Made by a program: the position numbers and the translations under genes. DNA of 64,000 nt from Clostridiales bacterium (GTDB lineage Bacteria > Bacillota > Clostridia > Christensenellales > CAG-138). This document shows positions 44,507-54,533 of the stretch, one piece after another (the first letter of the stretch is position 1; each line of letters opens with the position of its first letter). The stretch spans positions 65,541-129,540 of the forward strand of contig DUPG01000014.1 of assembly GCA_012838425.1 (NCBI GenBank), read 5' to 3'. Below the pieces are notes generated by a model, which saw only the letters and a list, made by a program, of their open reading frames with translations, had not been told where the DNA came from and searched no databases.

Positions 44507-47069
44507 GCCAGTTTTCGCCTACATGAACATCGGCTATTAGCGGAACCTTCAGCTTAACCGCGTTCTGCATACAGTCCGCAAGCAGCTTTTTCACTATTTC
44601 AACTTCTTCCTTTGGCGTGTCGATAATCAGCTCGTCATGCACCTGCAAAATAAGCTTTGCTTTTAGATTGTTTTGCTTCAACGCCTCGAAAACCTTTACC
44701 ATAGCCAGCTTGATTATATCTGCCGCAGAACCTTGTATCGGCATATTCTTAGCAACTCTTTCACCGAATGAGCGTGTATTATAATTAGAAGATTTCAGCT
44801 CGTGCATAGCCCTTCTGCGCCCGAAAAGCGTAAGCGCATAGCCCTTTTCATGCGCCTGCGTAACAGTATCGTTCATGTATTTCGCAATACCCTTGTACTT
44901 TGCCAAGTATGAGTTAATGTATTTAGCTGCCTTAGCCCTTGAAATATTCAGGTTCCTTGATAAGCCGAAATCGCTTATGCCGTAAACTATGCCGAAGTTT
45001 ACAGCCTTTGCCTCTCTGCGCTGCTCGGGGGTTACGCTGTTAAGTGGAACATCTGCAATTTCCGAAGCCGTAATAGCGTGTATGTCAATGCCGTTGTTGA
45101 ACGCGTCAATCATCACCTCGTCGCCGCTCATATGTGCCAATACGCGAAGCTCAATCTGCGAATAGTCCGCGTCAACAAGCAGATTGCCGTCAGAAGCAAC
45201 GAAGGCTCTGCGTATCTCCCTGCCAAGCTCTGTGCGTATGGGAATATTCTGTAAATTAGGCTCGGTTGATGAAATCCTGCCCGTTGCGGTTATTGCTTGA
45301 TTGAATGTTGTATGCACCCTGCCCGTTTTCGGGTTTATCTGCTGCAACAGCCCGTCAACAAATGTGCTTTTCAGCTTTGATATGAAGCGGTACTCTATTA
45401 CCAACGGCACAATTTCGTGCTGGTCTATCAAGTTTTCCAATATATCGGCAGAGGTCGAATACCCCTGCGTGTTCTTCTTTCCCGGAGGCAGCTTCAGCTT
45501 TTCAAAAAGCACCATGCCTAATTGCTTCGGGGAAAGTATGTTGAACTCAACCCCCGCAAGCTCAATTATCTTCTTTTCTAATTCCCTGCGCTGCTCCCCG
45601 AACAGATTGCTAAGCTCGTTCAATGTGTTTACATCTACTCTGAAGCCAGTTTTCTCCATATCATATAGCACATGCATAAGGGGAAGCTCAATATCCCAAT
45701 ACAGACTTGAAAGCGAAAGCCTGTCCATCTCCTCCAACATAGGCGCACACAGCAGGAAAAGCGAAAATGCGTCAGCCGCCTTGTTGTTAAGCCTCTCATT
45801 GACAAGCTCTTCTAAATTCTTTGAGGGCGACACCGCGTTAAGCAGGTAGTCAACTATCATAGCGTCGAAATACACATTGTTCAGCGTAATACTCAGCTTG
45901 TCTAATTCGTGCATAAGCGATTTCGCGTCATATACTAACTTCTTTTGCTCCGATTCAAGCACTTCTTTTAACGCCTGCAATGCTTCATAGGTGTTCAAGC
46001 CCGCGTCAAGCAATGTACCGCCCGACTTAACCTTAACGAGTATTTCGCCGTTGCAAACAGACAGCTGCTCTCCGTAATGAAAAGCGATTTTTTCTGTTTT
46101 TGACAGTTTGGGAATGAGCGCTCTTAGCTGTTCGATATCTGATACGATAATTTCTTTTATAGTTATTTCTTGTTCGCTGTTGTCGTCAAATGGCAAAGCA
46201 TTTTTCTCATCGCTGTTGGGAAGCCTTTTCATCAGGCTTCTAAGCTGCAGCTCCGCCATCATGCCGCGCGCGTTCCACATATTGCTTTCGTCAAATGCGC
46301 AATCGTCAATTGACGCGTCTATCGGAACATCAGTATCTATCCTGCCAAGCTTGTAGCTCATCATGGCGCTTTCATAGTTCTCAGCTATTTTCTTTTGCAG
46401 CGCGCCCTTTTCCTCAACAGCTCCACGCTTTAGAACCTCCTCAATGCTGCCGTACGCTTCAAGCAGACGCAAAGCGGTTTTCTCGCCTACGCCGGGAATA
46501 CCGGGCAGGTTGTCTGAAGCGTCGCCCATCAAGCCTTTTAAGTCAACCATCTGCTGTGGGGCAAGCCCGTATCTTTCACGCAATGCGGCTTCGTCATACT
46601 CGACGGTTTCAGAAATGCCGCGCTTTGTATATAGCACATGAGTTTTTTCGTTAATAAGCTGGAAGGAATCCTTATCGCCCGTTACAATAAGCACATCTAA
46701 GCCCTTATCATTCGCTTTTTTTGCCATTGTGCCTATAATGTCGTCGGCCTCATAGCTTTGCAGCTCTAATATTTTAATTCCCATTTCGTTGAGCAGCCGT
46801 CTGATAATATCGAACTGAGTTACAAGCTCGGGAGGTGTGGGCTTTCTGCCTGCCTTGTATTCGGAGTATTCAGAATGCCTGAATGTCGGGCCGGACATAT
46901 CAAATGCAACAGCGATATGCGAGGGCCTGTATTCGACCAGCTTAAAAAGCATGGATACAAAGCCGTAAATAGCTCCTGTGGGCGTTCCTGTTTTCGTTCT
47001 CATATCGGGAAGAGCGTGAAATGCCCTGTGCATTAAGCTGCTGCCGTCTATTAAAATCATCTTGTTCAT
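44493..47069 (-). CDS. polA: DNA polymerase I
   Basis: 5' nuclease domain (LIDGSSLMHRAFHA), polymerase motif A DYSQIELRVLAH, motif B RREAKAVNFGIVYG, motif C QVHDEL. Confidence 0.95.
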   Translation of the reverse strand: MNKMILIDGSSLMHRAFHALPDMRTKTGTPTGAIYGFVSMLFKLVEYRPSHIAVAFDMSGPTFRHSEYSEYKAGRKPTPPELVTQFDIIRRLLNEMGIKILELQSYEADDIIGTMAKKANDKGLDVLIVTGDKDSFQLINEKTHVLYTKRGISETVEYDEAALRERYGLAPQQMVDLKGLMGDASDNLPGIPGVGEKTALRLLEAYGSIEEVLKRGAVEEKGALQKKIAENYESAMMSYKLGRIDTDVPIDASIDDCAFDESNMWNARGMMAELQLRSLMKRLPNSDEKNALPFDDNSEQEITIKEIIVSDIEQLRALIPKLSKTEKIAFHYGEQLSVCNGEILVKVKSGGTLLDAGLNTYEALQALKEVLESEQKKLVYDAKSLMHELDKLSITLNNVYFDAMIVDYLLNAVSPSKNLEELVNERLNNKAADAFSLFLLCAPMLEEMDRLSLSSLYWDIELPLMHVLYDMEKTGFRVDVNTLNELSNLFGEQRRELEKKIIELAGVEFNILSPKQLGMVLFEKLKLPPGKKNTQGYSTSADILENLIDQHEIVPLVIEYRFISKLKSTFVDGLLQQINPKTGRVHTTFNQAITATGRISSTEPNLQNIPIRTELGREIRRAFVASDGNLLVDADYSQIELRVLAHMSGDEVMIDAFNNGIDIHAITASEIADVPLNSVTPEQRREAKAVNFGIVYGISDFGLSRNLNISRAKAAKYINSYLAKYKGIAKYMNDTVTQAHEKGYALTLFGRRRAMHELKSSNYNTRSFGERVAKNMPIQGSAADIIKLAMVKVFEALKQNNLKAKLILQVHDELIIDTPKEEVEIVKKLLADCMQNAVKLKVPLIADVHVGENWHDAK

Positions 47070-47123
47070 ATTATTGCAATTCCACTCATTTTTATTTGTC
47101 TATCAAGAAAATAGCATATCTAC

Positions 47124-47152
47124 ATATTAGTTATAATGAGAGATGTTGTCAA
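47124..47152 (-). promoter_or_regulatory. Candidate polA promoter
   Basis: Minus strand reads TTGACA (47152-47147), 17 nt, TAATAT (47129-47124). Confidence 0.45.
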
Positions 47153-47162
47153 GCAAAGCTAC

Positions 47163-47190
47163 TTGAACGCTTTTGACAGCGTGCTATAAT
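47163..47190 (+). promoter_or_regulatory. Candidate promoter of the 203-aa membrane protein gene
   Basis: TTGAAC (47163-47168), 16 nt, TGcTATAAT (hexamer at 47185-47190). Confidence 0.5.
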
Positions 47191-47219
47191 AATATGAAGG
47201 AAAAATAAAGGAGTATCTT

Positions 47220-47831
47220 ATGAGCGATAAAAAAGAGAGCAAGGGAAGGTTCAAGTATTTTGATGACTATCCCTTTCAGGATGTAAAAACAAAGAGCGGC
47301 AAAATCAAGCGCCGAAGAATCTATGCGGGCGATTATTACGGCTACGCTATTCCGAAGGAGTATGAAAACAACGAGAAGCAGTTCGTAAACAGAATTAAGC
47401 TGTTTTATTCTATCGTAATACTGCTGTGCTTGGGCTTATTGCTGTTCGCAGGCTTGATAAATCCGAGCACCTTGAATGTGTTTTATGTCTTGCCGGGTTT
47501 TTGGGTAACAGCAATCAGCTTGCTGCTGATAATATTCACCTGCGGCGAGTTTGTATTGCTCACATGGGAAAACAGGTTTGAACGGGTATTCGCAGACGCG
47601 CTGTCAAAGGGCTTGCGTACTAAAACTATAACATTGATGGTAAGTTCTGCTATATGTTTTGTAACAGCTGCGATAAATGTATTAGTAAACTACTTCCAAG
47701 CTAACCCTGCGCAAAGGCTGCTTCAAGATGTGCTGATGGCGCTGGCAATGCTCATAATTGCCGTTTTAGCGCGGTTTTTCTTAAAATTGCAGGACAGTCT
47801 TAAAATTATCGTATTAACAAAGAAAGGGTAA
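47220..47831 (+). CDS. Membrane protein of unknown function (4 predicted TM helices)
   Basis: AAAGGAG RBS. Basic cytoplasmic N-terminus followed by hydrophobic helices. No family recognised. Confidence 0.6.
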   Translation: MSDKKESKGRFKYFDDYPFQDVKTKSGKIKRRRIYAGDYYGYAIPKEYENNEKQFVNRIKLFYSIVILLCLGLLLFAGLINPSTLNVFYVLPGFWVTAISLLLIIFTCGEFVLLTWENRFERVFADALSKGLRTKTITLMVSSAICFVTAAINVLVNYFQANPAQRLLQDVLMALAMLIIAVLARFFLKLQDSLKIIVLTKKG

Positions 47832-47877
47832 AAAATATGATAAACTACGCGTGAAAGCATTTTTTTGAATAAAATTG

Positions 47878-47906
47878 TTGACATTATTCTTTTCATTTGT
47901 TATCAT
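47878..47906 (+). promoter_or_regulatory. Candidate promoter of the Opp-like operon
   Basis: TTGACA (47878-47883), 17 nt, TGtTATCAT (hexamer at 47901-47906). The leader carries a TTGCGCA/TGCGCAA hairpin at 47924-47942. Confidence 0.55.
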
Positions 47907-47969
47907 AGGTTAAACCCTTAGGCTTGCGCAGTGTATGCGCAAAGCAAAATAAATAGGAGGAAAAACATA

Positions 47970-50357
47970 ATGAAGTCTCGAAAACTCTTAAAAGTTGTGG
48001 CTTTTGGCTTGGCGATGATCATTTGCCTTGGCGTTCTTGCAGCTTGCAAGAAGGGCACTGAGAATCCCTCGCCGACACCCGCTCCGACAGAACGCCCTGT
48101 GCAGACTAGACCTTTGGTAGTTGCATATCAGGAGTTCTCGCAGAAGTTTAGCCCCTTCTTTGCGACAACCGGTTATGACCAAGATGTTGCTGGCATGACA
48201 CAGCTCAGCATGCTTACGATTGACCGCGCTGGCGCTATTGTTTACAACGCGATAGAGGGCGAAACAAGAAATTACAATGGTACCGATTATTTCTACAATG
48301 GTATCGCAGACATTACGGTAGAAAAGAAAGAATCTACCACAGTTTACACCATCAAGATGCGCGAAGATATTAAGTTCGCAGATGGTGAACCCGCTACAAT
48401 CGACGATTTGATTTTCTACTACTATGTAGTGCTTGATCCTGCTTACACAGGTCCCTCAACACTCAGCTCACACAACATCGTTGGTTATGAGAACTATCGT
48501 TACAACAACTCAAAGGCTGAGGAAATTGATTATGTTCAGATTCTTGAAGACATCGACAACAACGAGAAGCTTCAGAACTGGGTAAAAGAGAACATCATCA
48601 AGGCTACTCTTGATGAAGAGCTCTTGTGGGCAGAGAGCCTGTACACAAACGAGAAGTACTTGCAAAATGAAACATATGCGGCACTCTTCGAACAGTATCC
48701 CGAGAGAAAAGACCTCCTCTATAATGTGTTCTACGGCACAGATGAAGATTATGATTCAACAGCTCACACAGAAGAAGAGGTTATGGCGAAGCTGTACGAA
48801 GAATACGGCTATGACTACAAGGCATTGGGTACCGCATACGCTGGCGATCCCGAGTACTTTGCTGATCAGAAAATGATCGACGCTATCTATGAGATAGCTC
48901 TTGAAGACGCTGAGGGCGCAACAGAAGTTCCCAACATTGCTGGTATTAAGAAGATTAACGACTACACAGTAGAAGTAACTCAAAAGGGTTATTTCGCTAA
49001 CTCAATCTACAATATCGGTGGCGGTAACCTCACTCCCTTGCATTACTACGGTGATGAAAGCATGTACGACTATGAGAACAACAAGTTCGGCTTTAAGAAC
49101 CGTGAACCCGATGCAATGGATCTCATCGAAACAAAGACAACTGTTCCCATGGGCGCTGGTCCCTACAAGTTCGTTAAGTTCGAAAACAAGGTTGTTTACT
49201 TTGAAGCTAACGAACACTACTGGAAGGGCAGACCCATTATCCAGAACATCCAGTTCAAAGAAACAGCTTCCGTCGATATGGTAGCCGCTGTTGCTAAGGG
49301 CGAAGCTGATGTAGCAAACGAAGTAACTGGTTCAAAGGAAAGATTCAAGGAAATCGCAAGCTATAATACTGACACCAATGCCGAAACCGGTAACACAATC
49401 ACAAGCTCACTCGTTTGGAACTTGGGTTATGGCTATATCGGTATCAACTCCGGTAAAGTAAATGTTGGCGGCGACCGCGCATCAGAAGCCTCCAAGAACC
49501 TGAGAAAGGGCTTGGCAACAATATTGGCAGTATATCGCGATGTTGTTATCGACTCTTACTACGGCACAGCTGCATCAGTTATCGAGTATCCCATAAGCTC
49601 AACCTCATGGGCTGCACCTCAGGTATCTGATGAAGGCTACCGCATTGCATACTCCGTTGATGTAGACGGCAATGACATCTACACAGCTGATATGACAGCT
49701 GAGCAGAAGTACGAAGCAGCATTGCAGGCAGCAATCGGCTTCTTCAAGGCAGCAGGCTACACTTGGGACGAAGCACAAGGCAAGTTCACAGCTGCTCCTG
49801 AAGGCGCAAAGCTCGAGTACGAAATAATCATCCCCGGTCAGGGTCAAGGCGATCACCCGAACTTCCAGGTTGCTTCTAACGCAGCTGAAGCACTCAAGAA
49901 GATTGGCTTCACATTGACAATCAATGACCCCGCTGACTCCAACGTTCTCTGGAACAAGCTCGACTTCGGTGAGCAAGAGCTCTGGACAGCTGCTTGGGGT
50001 TCAACAATTGACCCGGATATGTACCAGGTTTACTACTCAACTAATGTTCCTAAGGCAGTTCCCGGTGCTGCATCCAACTCATCAGGCTCGAACCATTATC
50101 AGATAATGGATCCTCAGCTCGATAAGTACATCATCGATGCACGCACATCAGCAGACCAGACCTACAGAAAGCAACTCTATAAGCAGTGCCTCGACATAAT
50201 CATGGATTGGGCTGTTGAGATTCCTTCTTACCAAAGAAAGAATGTTATCATATTCAGAACTGAAAGCATCGACTTGGACACTCTGACACCCGATATCACA
50301 ACATACTGGGGCTGGATGTCTGAAATCGAAAATCTTCAGCTTAAGAACGCTGACTAA
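47970..50357 (+). CDS. Oversized ABC transporter substrate-binding lipoprotein (family 5, oligopeptide type)
   Basis: GGAGG RBS. Lipobox LAAC. 795 aa. Contains SBP_bac_5-like segments (KFADGEPATIDDLIFYY, PMGAGPYKF). Confidence 0.8.
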   Translation: MKSRKLLKVVAFGLAMIICLGVLAACKKGTENPSPTPAPTERPVQTRPLVVAYQEFSQKFSPFFATTGYDQDVAGMTQLSMLTIDRAGAIVYNAIEGETRNYNGTDYFYNGIADITVEKKESTTVYTIKMREDIKFADGEPATIDDLIFYYYVVLDPAYTGPSTLSSHNIVGYENYRYNNSKAEEIDYVQILEDIDNNEKLQNWVKENIIKATLDEELLWAESLYTNEKYLQNETYAALFEQYPERKDLLYNVFYGTDEDYDSTAHTEEEVMAKLYEEYGYDYKALGTAYAGDPEYFADQKMIDAIYEIALEDAEGATEVPNIAGIKKINDYTVEVTQKGYFANSIYNIGGGNLTPLHYYGDESMYDYENNKFGFKNREPDAMDLIETKTTVPMGAGPYKFVKFENKVVYFEANEHYWKGRPIIQNIQFKETASVDMVAAVAKGEADVANEVTGSKERFKEIASYNTDTNAETGNTITSSLVWNLGYGYIGINSGKVNVGGDRASEASKNLRKGLATILAVYRDVVIDSYYGTAASVIEYPISSTSWAAPQVSDEGYRIAYSVDVDGNDIYTADMTAEQKYEAALQAAIGFFKAAGYTWDEAQGKFTAAPEGAKLEYEIIIPGQGQGDHPNFQVASNAAEALKKIGFTLTINDPADSNVLWNKLDFGEQELWTAAWGSTIDPDMYQVYYSTNVPKAVPGAASNSSGSNHYQIMDPQLDKYIIDARTSADQTYRKQLYKQCLDIIMDWAVEIPSYQRKNVIIFRTESIDLDTLTPDITTYWGWMSEIENLQLKNAD

Positions 50358-50407
50358 GCGAGACGATTGAGCTAAGTGTCATAGCTTAGCAGATCACAAT
50401 CGACGAT

Positions 50408-50444
50408 AAGCCCACCGCTATATATGGTGGTGGGCTTAGTTTTA
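50408..50444 (+). terminator. Intra-operon terminator/attenuator after the binding-protein gene
   Basis: aagcccacc / ggtgggctt 9-bp stem followed by AGTTTT. Confidence 0.6.
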
Positions 50445-50521
50445 GGGTAAACAACACCTTATATTACCTCTATAACAGGTAATAATTTTGCCTAAAATAA
50501 GGCAACGGGAGAGGGAAGGTT

Positions 50522-51508
50522 ATGAGTAAGTTTTTAATTAGAAGGCTGAGTCTTGCGCTTCTGATATTCTTTATGGGCGTATTCGTGTCATACAGTGTTA
50601 TCCGTATGATGCCATCGTCATATGTTGAAACGAAGGCAAGGGAATTATCAGCTGCACCAGGTAGTAAGCCTTATGAGGAGTGGCTGGAACAGCTAAACAA
50701 GAAATACGGCTTAGATACCGATATTTTTACTGGTTATGTTAGATGGCTCGGGGGAGCTGTAAGATTAGATTTTGGTGATTCGTGGAAATATACAATCCCT
50801 GTAACAGAAAAGTTTGGACAAGTAATCTGGTATTCCTTTGCAATGAACCTGCTAACATTGTTCGTTCAGTTTGCAATAGGTATCCCGTTAGGAATATTGG
50901 CTGCCCGTAAGCAGTACTCAAAAACAGACTATGCAGTTACAGTTTTTGCGTTAGCATGTATCTCATTGCCTACATTCTTTATGGCGATGATATTCAAATA
51001 TTTCATTTCGATAAAACTGGGTTGGCTTCCATTGTACGGTCTGCATAGCTCGACCTATGGAACTTTGTCAACGTTTGGCAAGATAGCAGATATAGCATAC
51101 CATATGATACTGCCTGTTCTCACATTGACACTTTTGAGCATAGGCGGTATTATGAGATACACTCGTACAAATATGCTGGAAGTTCTAAACTCTGATTATA
51201 TTAGAACGGCACGAGCTAAGGGTCTGCCGGAGAAACGCGTCATAAACAAGCATGCATTCAGAAACACACTGATTCCGTTGGTAACACTTATGAGCACACT
51301 GTTGCCGAGCATGTTCGGCGGTGCCATGATTACCGAAACAATGTACCAAATACCCGGTATAGGTTATATTTCATATCAAGCTATCATAGCAGGCGACATT
51401 CCGTTCTCGATGTTCTATCTGTCGTTCCTATTGATACTAACGCTTATCAGCTTGATATTGGCGGATATTATGTATGCTGTTGTTGACCCGCGTGTCAGGA
51501 TTAACTAG
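50522..51508 (+). CDS. ABC transporter permease (OppB/DppB-like)
   Basis: 328 aa, 6 TM helices. Contains the EAA-like loop YIRTARAKGLPEKRVINKHAFRN. Confidence 0.85.
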   Translation: MSKFLIRRLSLALLIFFMGVFVSYSVIRMMPSSYVETKARELSAAPGSKPYEEWLEQLNKKYGLDTDIFTGYVRWLGGAVRLDFGDSWKYTIPVTEKFGQVIWYSFAMNLLTLFVQFAIGIPLGILAARKQYSKTDYAVTVFALACISLPTFFMAMIFKYFISIKLGWLPLYGLHSSTYGTLSTFGKIADIAYHMILPVLTLTLLSIGGIMRYTRTNMLEVLNSDYIRTARAKGLPEKRVINKHAFRNTLIPLVTLMSTLLPSMFGGAMITETMYQIPGIGYISYQAIIAGDIPFSMFYLSFLLILTLISLILADIMYAVVDPRVRIN

Positions 51509-51521
51509 TGGGGGTGAAAAC

Positions 51522-53378
51522 ATGGAAAACAATAATGTTGAAAACAATATGCTAAATTTCGAAAAAGATAAAAATCCTCAGCAAACTGACACACTTAGCG
51601 ATGAAAGACGCGTTAAGGTTATGTCGCCCTCAATGCTTGTTTTCAAGCGCTTTATTAGAAACAAGCTTGCGGTTATTGGCTTCATAATCCTTGCATTTAT
51701 GTTCCTGTTCTCGTTTGTGGGTCCGTTCTTCTCACCGTATAAATCGCGTGATCGCTTCTATACATTTGAGGAGATGGCGAAGGAGTATGCTGAGTTTAAG
51801 GTTATAGGTCCTCAGGACTGGAAATACCTTGTACGCTCTGATGAGTACTTAGCTGCCGCTATGCAGGCAACAGCCAAGCTAAGCAGCAAAGAACCTTCTT
51901 TTGTATATGAAGATTCGAACGGCAAAAAGCAAACAGGCTATCTGACTTATATCGGTGATAGGGTAGCAATACTATCATCACAGTATGAGCTAGCAAGGTA
52001 TGTTGACGGTGAGGTAACGGCTTCCGATTCAGGCACTGTTCTCTCTGAGGAATTAGTTGCACTGATAATTCAAAAATCTCAGGAGTTAGCTGCCGCAAAG
52101 GAAAAGGAAGGCACTCTTGAGTTTGAAGGCGTTACATATAAGCTTGTAAAGCAGTTTAATCCGGAAGACCGTCTGCAAACGATTTACAGCGTGTCTACCG
52201 ATTCGGATATAGGTATTCTTCACAGGCTTTCATTCCATTCAATAACCGACGATAAATCGTTGGAAGCATTGTTTAAGGATTATGAATTTGTGAAGCAAGC
52301 GCTGATTGGTTTCGCGAATGGTGGAAATGCAGAATTCAATATGGGTACTGACAGATTCAGAATATCTGCACTCGATTCAAATGGTTATGCGGATGTATTG
52401 CGCAACAATCAGATGATTGCTAAGATTACCAACTACAATCTTGGACCAAAGGTTTCTGCTTTCCTTTCATTTGAATATAAGGAAGCAGCGCGCCAAGCCT
52501 GTGAGCAGGTTAAGTCCGGCAAAGGAACCTTCACATTCCCGGATGCCGACGGTAATGAAGTGGAATATGAAGTCGAGCTGAAGGACTTCTACTATACTAT
52601 AACGCGTATAGAGCAAACCTATATGCTTGCTCGCTACAAGGCTCCATTTACTGAAAACCAGTTAAACGGTAAACCTTCAATAAACCCATTTGGCACAGAA
52701 GAAAGCGGATTTGATGTTCTCACTCGTTTGATGTACGGCGGCCGCATATCGCTAATGGTTGGCTTCGTTGTAGTGTTCATCGAAATCATAATTGGCGTTA
52801 TAATTGGTGGTGTTGCTGGCTATTTCAGCGGTTGGGTTGATGTAATAATCATGCGCTTCATTGAGCTTTTCAACTGCATACCGTTCTATCCGCTTTTGAT
52901 GATAATCGTTGCGGGTCTTGATGCTGCACGTGTTGGAAACAGCGTAAGAATCATGTTGCTGATGGCGGTTCTCGGCATATTGTCGTGGCCGGGCATTGCA
53001 AGAATTGTTCGCGGTCAGATACTATCATTGCGCGAGCAGGACTTTATGGTAGCAGCAGAAGCAACTGGTCTCCCTGTAGGCAGACGCATATTCAGACACT
53101 TAATACCAAATGTAGTACCGCTACTCATAGTTTCGGCAACAATGAGCTTAGGTAGCATCATCATAACAGAAGCGACATTGAGCTTCTTGGGATTAGGCGT
53201 TAAGTATCCTGCCGCTTCTTGGGGTTCGATTATCAACCAAGCAAACGACTTCGTTGTTATGAGTCAATACTGGTGGGTATGGATTCCCGCAGGTATTCTG
53301 ATACTGTTAACAGTGTTGGGCTTCAATTTCGTTGGCGACGGTCTGCGCGACGCATTTGACCCAAAAATGAAAAGGTAG
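51522..53378 (+). CDS. ABC transporter permease (OppC/DppC-like) with a ~320-aa extracytoplasmic insertion
   Basis: GGGGTG RBS precedes ATG 51522. TM1 is followed by a soluble segment of about 320 aa, then the conserved core FGTEESGFDVLTRLMYGGRISL and FMVAAEATGLPVGRRIFRH. Confidence 0.8.
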   Translation: MENNNVENNMLNFEKDKNPQQTDTLSDERRVKVMSPSMLVFKRFIRNKLAVIGFIILAFMFLFSFVGPFFSPYKSRDRFYTFEEMAKEYAEFKVIGPQDWKYLVRSDEYLAAAMQATAKLSSKEPSFVYEDSNGKKQTGYLTYIGDRVAILSSQYELARYVDGEVTASDSGTVLSEELVALIIQKSQELAAAKEKEGTLEFEGVTYKLVKQFNPEDRLQTIYSVSTDSDIGILHRLSFHSITDDKSLEALFKDYEFVKQALIGFANGGNAEFNMGTDRFRISALDSNGYADVLRNNQMIAKITNYNLGPKVSAFLSFEYKEAARQACEQVKSGKGTFTFPDADGNEVEYEVELKDFYYTITRIEQTYMLARYKAPFTENQLNGKPSINPFGTEESGFDVLTRLMYGGRISLMVGFVVVFIEIIIGVIIGGVAGYFSGWVDVIIMRFIELFNCIPFYPLLMIIVAGLDAARVGNSVRIMLLMAVLGILSWPGIARIVRGQILSLREQDFMVAAEATGLPVGRRIFRHLIPNVVPLLIVSATMSLGSIIITEATLSFLGLGVKYPAASWGSIINQANDFVVMSQYWWVWIPAGILILLTVLGFNFVGDGLRDAFDPKMKR

Positions 53379-53387
53379 GTAATTGCA

Positions 53388-54533
53388 ATGGAAAAGAAGA
53401 AGAATCTTGGATATATATCGGCAAAAGAGCTGCGGAAAATCTCGCGTGAGAACCGCCGAATCACAAATGAATTAGAGAAGGAACGCAATCGCAAGAATGT
53501 TCCTATTGAGGAATACACAACGCAGATGCGCGACCCGAATAATGTTGTCGAGTTCGATAACCTGCATACCTACTTTTTTACCGATATTGGAACTGTAAAG
53601 GCTGTTGACGGCGTTTCATTCGATGTTCCAATCGGCAAGACTGTCGGCGTTGTTGGCGAATCCGGCTGCGGCAAGTCCGTTACAAGCCTTTCGCTAATGC
53701 AGCTTCTGCAAAGACCGCAGGGTCAGATAGTTGAGGGCGAAATACGCTTCAATGCAGGTGATAAGGTTTACAACATTGCTAAAACACCGACTGAGGTTAT
53801 GTATAATATTCGCGGAAATCATATTTCGATGATTTTCCAAGAGCCCATGACAAGCCTCAATCCTGTTTTCAGAATAGGCTTCCAGCTTGACGAGGTTACA
53901 AAGCTGCATAACCCTGAAATGTCCGACGAAGCTGTCAAGCAGCGTTCGCTGGAAATGATAAAGATGGTTGGCATAGGCAACCCTGGCGTTTACAATATGT
54001 ATCCGCATGAGCTGTCAGGCGGTATGCGCCAAAGAATCATGATAGCTATGGCGCTTGCTTGTTCGCCGCGTCTGATAATTGCAGACGAGCCTACAACCGC
54101 GCTTGATGTTACAATTCAAGCACAGATACTTGACCTGCTGCGCAATTTGAAGGACCAGATAAATTCTTCAATCATGCTCATAACTCACGACTTGGGCGTT
54201 ATCGCAGAGATGGCGGACTTCGTTGTAGTTATGTACGCAGGCAGAGTCGTTGAGAGAGGAACCGCGCAGGAGGTTTTCAATTCACCTGCGCACCCCTACA
54301 CAAGAGGTCTTATGGAAAGCAAGCCGGTTATAAACAAGCGTGTTGAGCGTTTGTATAGCATACCGGGCTCCGTTCCTAACCCGATAAATATGCCTGATTA
54401 CTGCTATTTCAGAGATAGGTGTGAGCGCAGAATAGGCAAATGCGATGGAGTATATCCCCAAGAGTTTCGTATTAGCGATACTCACTTTGCTTCATGCTAT
54501 CTCTATGATAGGCAAGAGGAGGTCATACGATGA
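53388..54533 (+). CDS. ABC transporter ATP-binding protein (OppD-like)
   Basis: [16 protein letters not shown] and [10 protein letters not shown]. The C-terminal oligopeptide-type domain contains cysteines. There is a basic N-terminal extension of about 45 aa. Confidence 0.9.
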   Translation: MEKKKNLGYISAKELRKISRENRRITNELEKERNRKNVPIEEYTTQMRDPNNVVEFDNLHTYFFTDIGTVKAVDGVSFDVPIGKTVGVVGESGCGKSVTSLSLMQLLQRPQGQIVEGEIRFNAGDKVYNIAKTPTEVMYNIRGNHISMIFQEPMTSLNPVFRIGFQLDEVTKLHNPEMSDEAVKQRSLEMIKMVGIGNPGVYNMYPHELSGGMRQRIMIAMALACSPRLIIADEPTTALDVTIQAQILDLLRNLKDQINSSIMLITHDLGVIAEMADFVVVMYAGRVVERGTAQEVFNSPAHPYTRGLMESKPVINKRVERLYSIPGSVPNPINMPDYCYFRDRCERRIGKCDGVYPQEFRISDTHFASCYLYDRQEEVIR

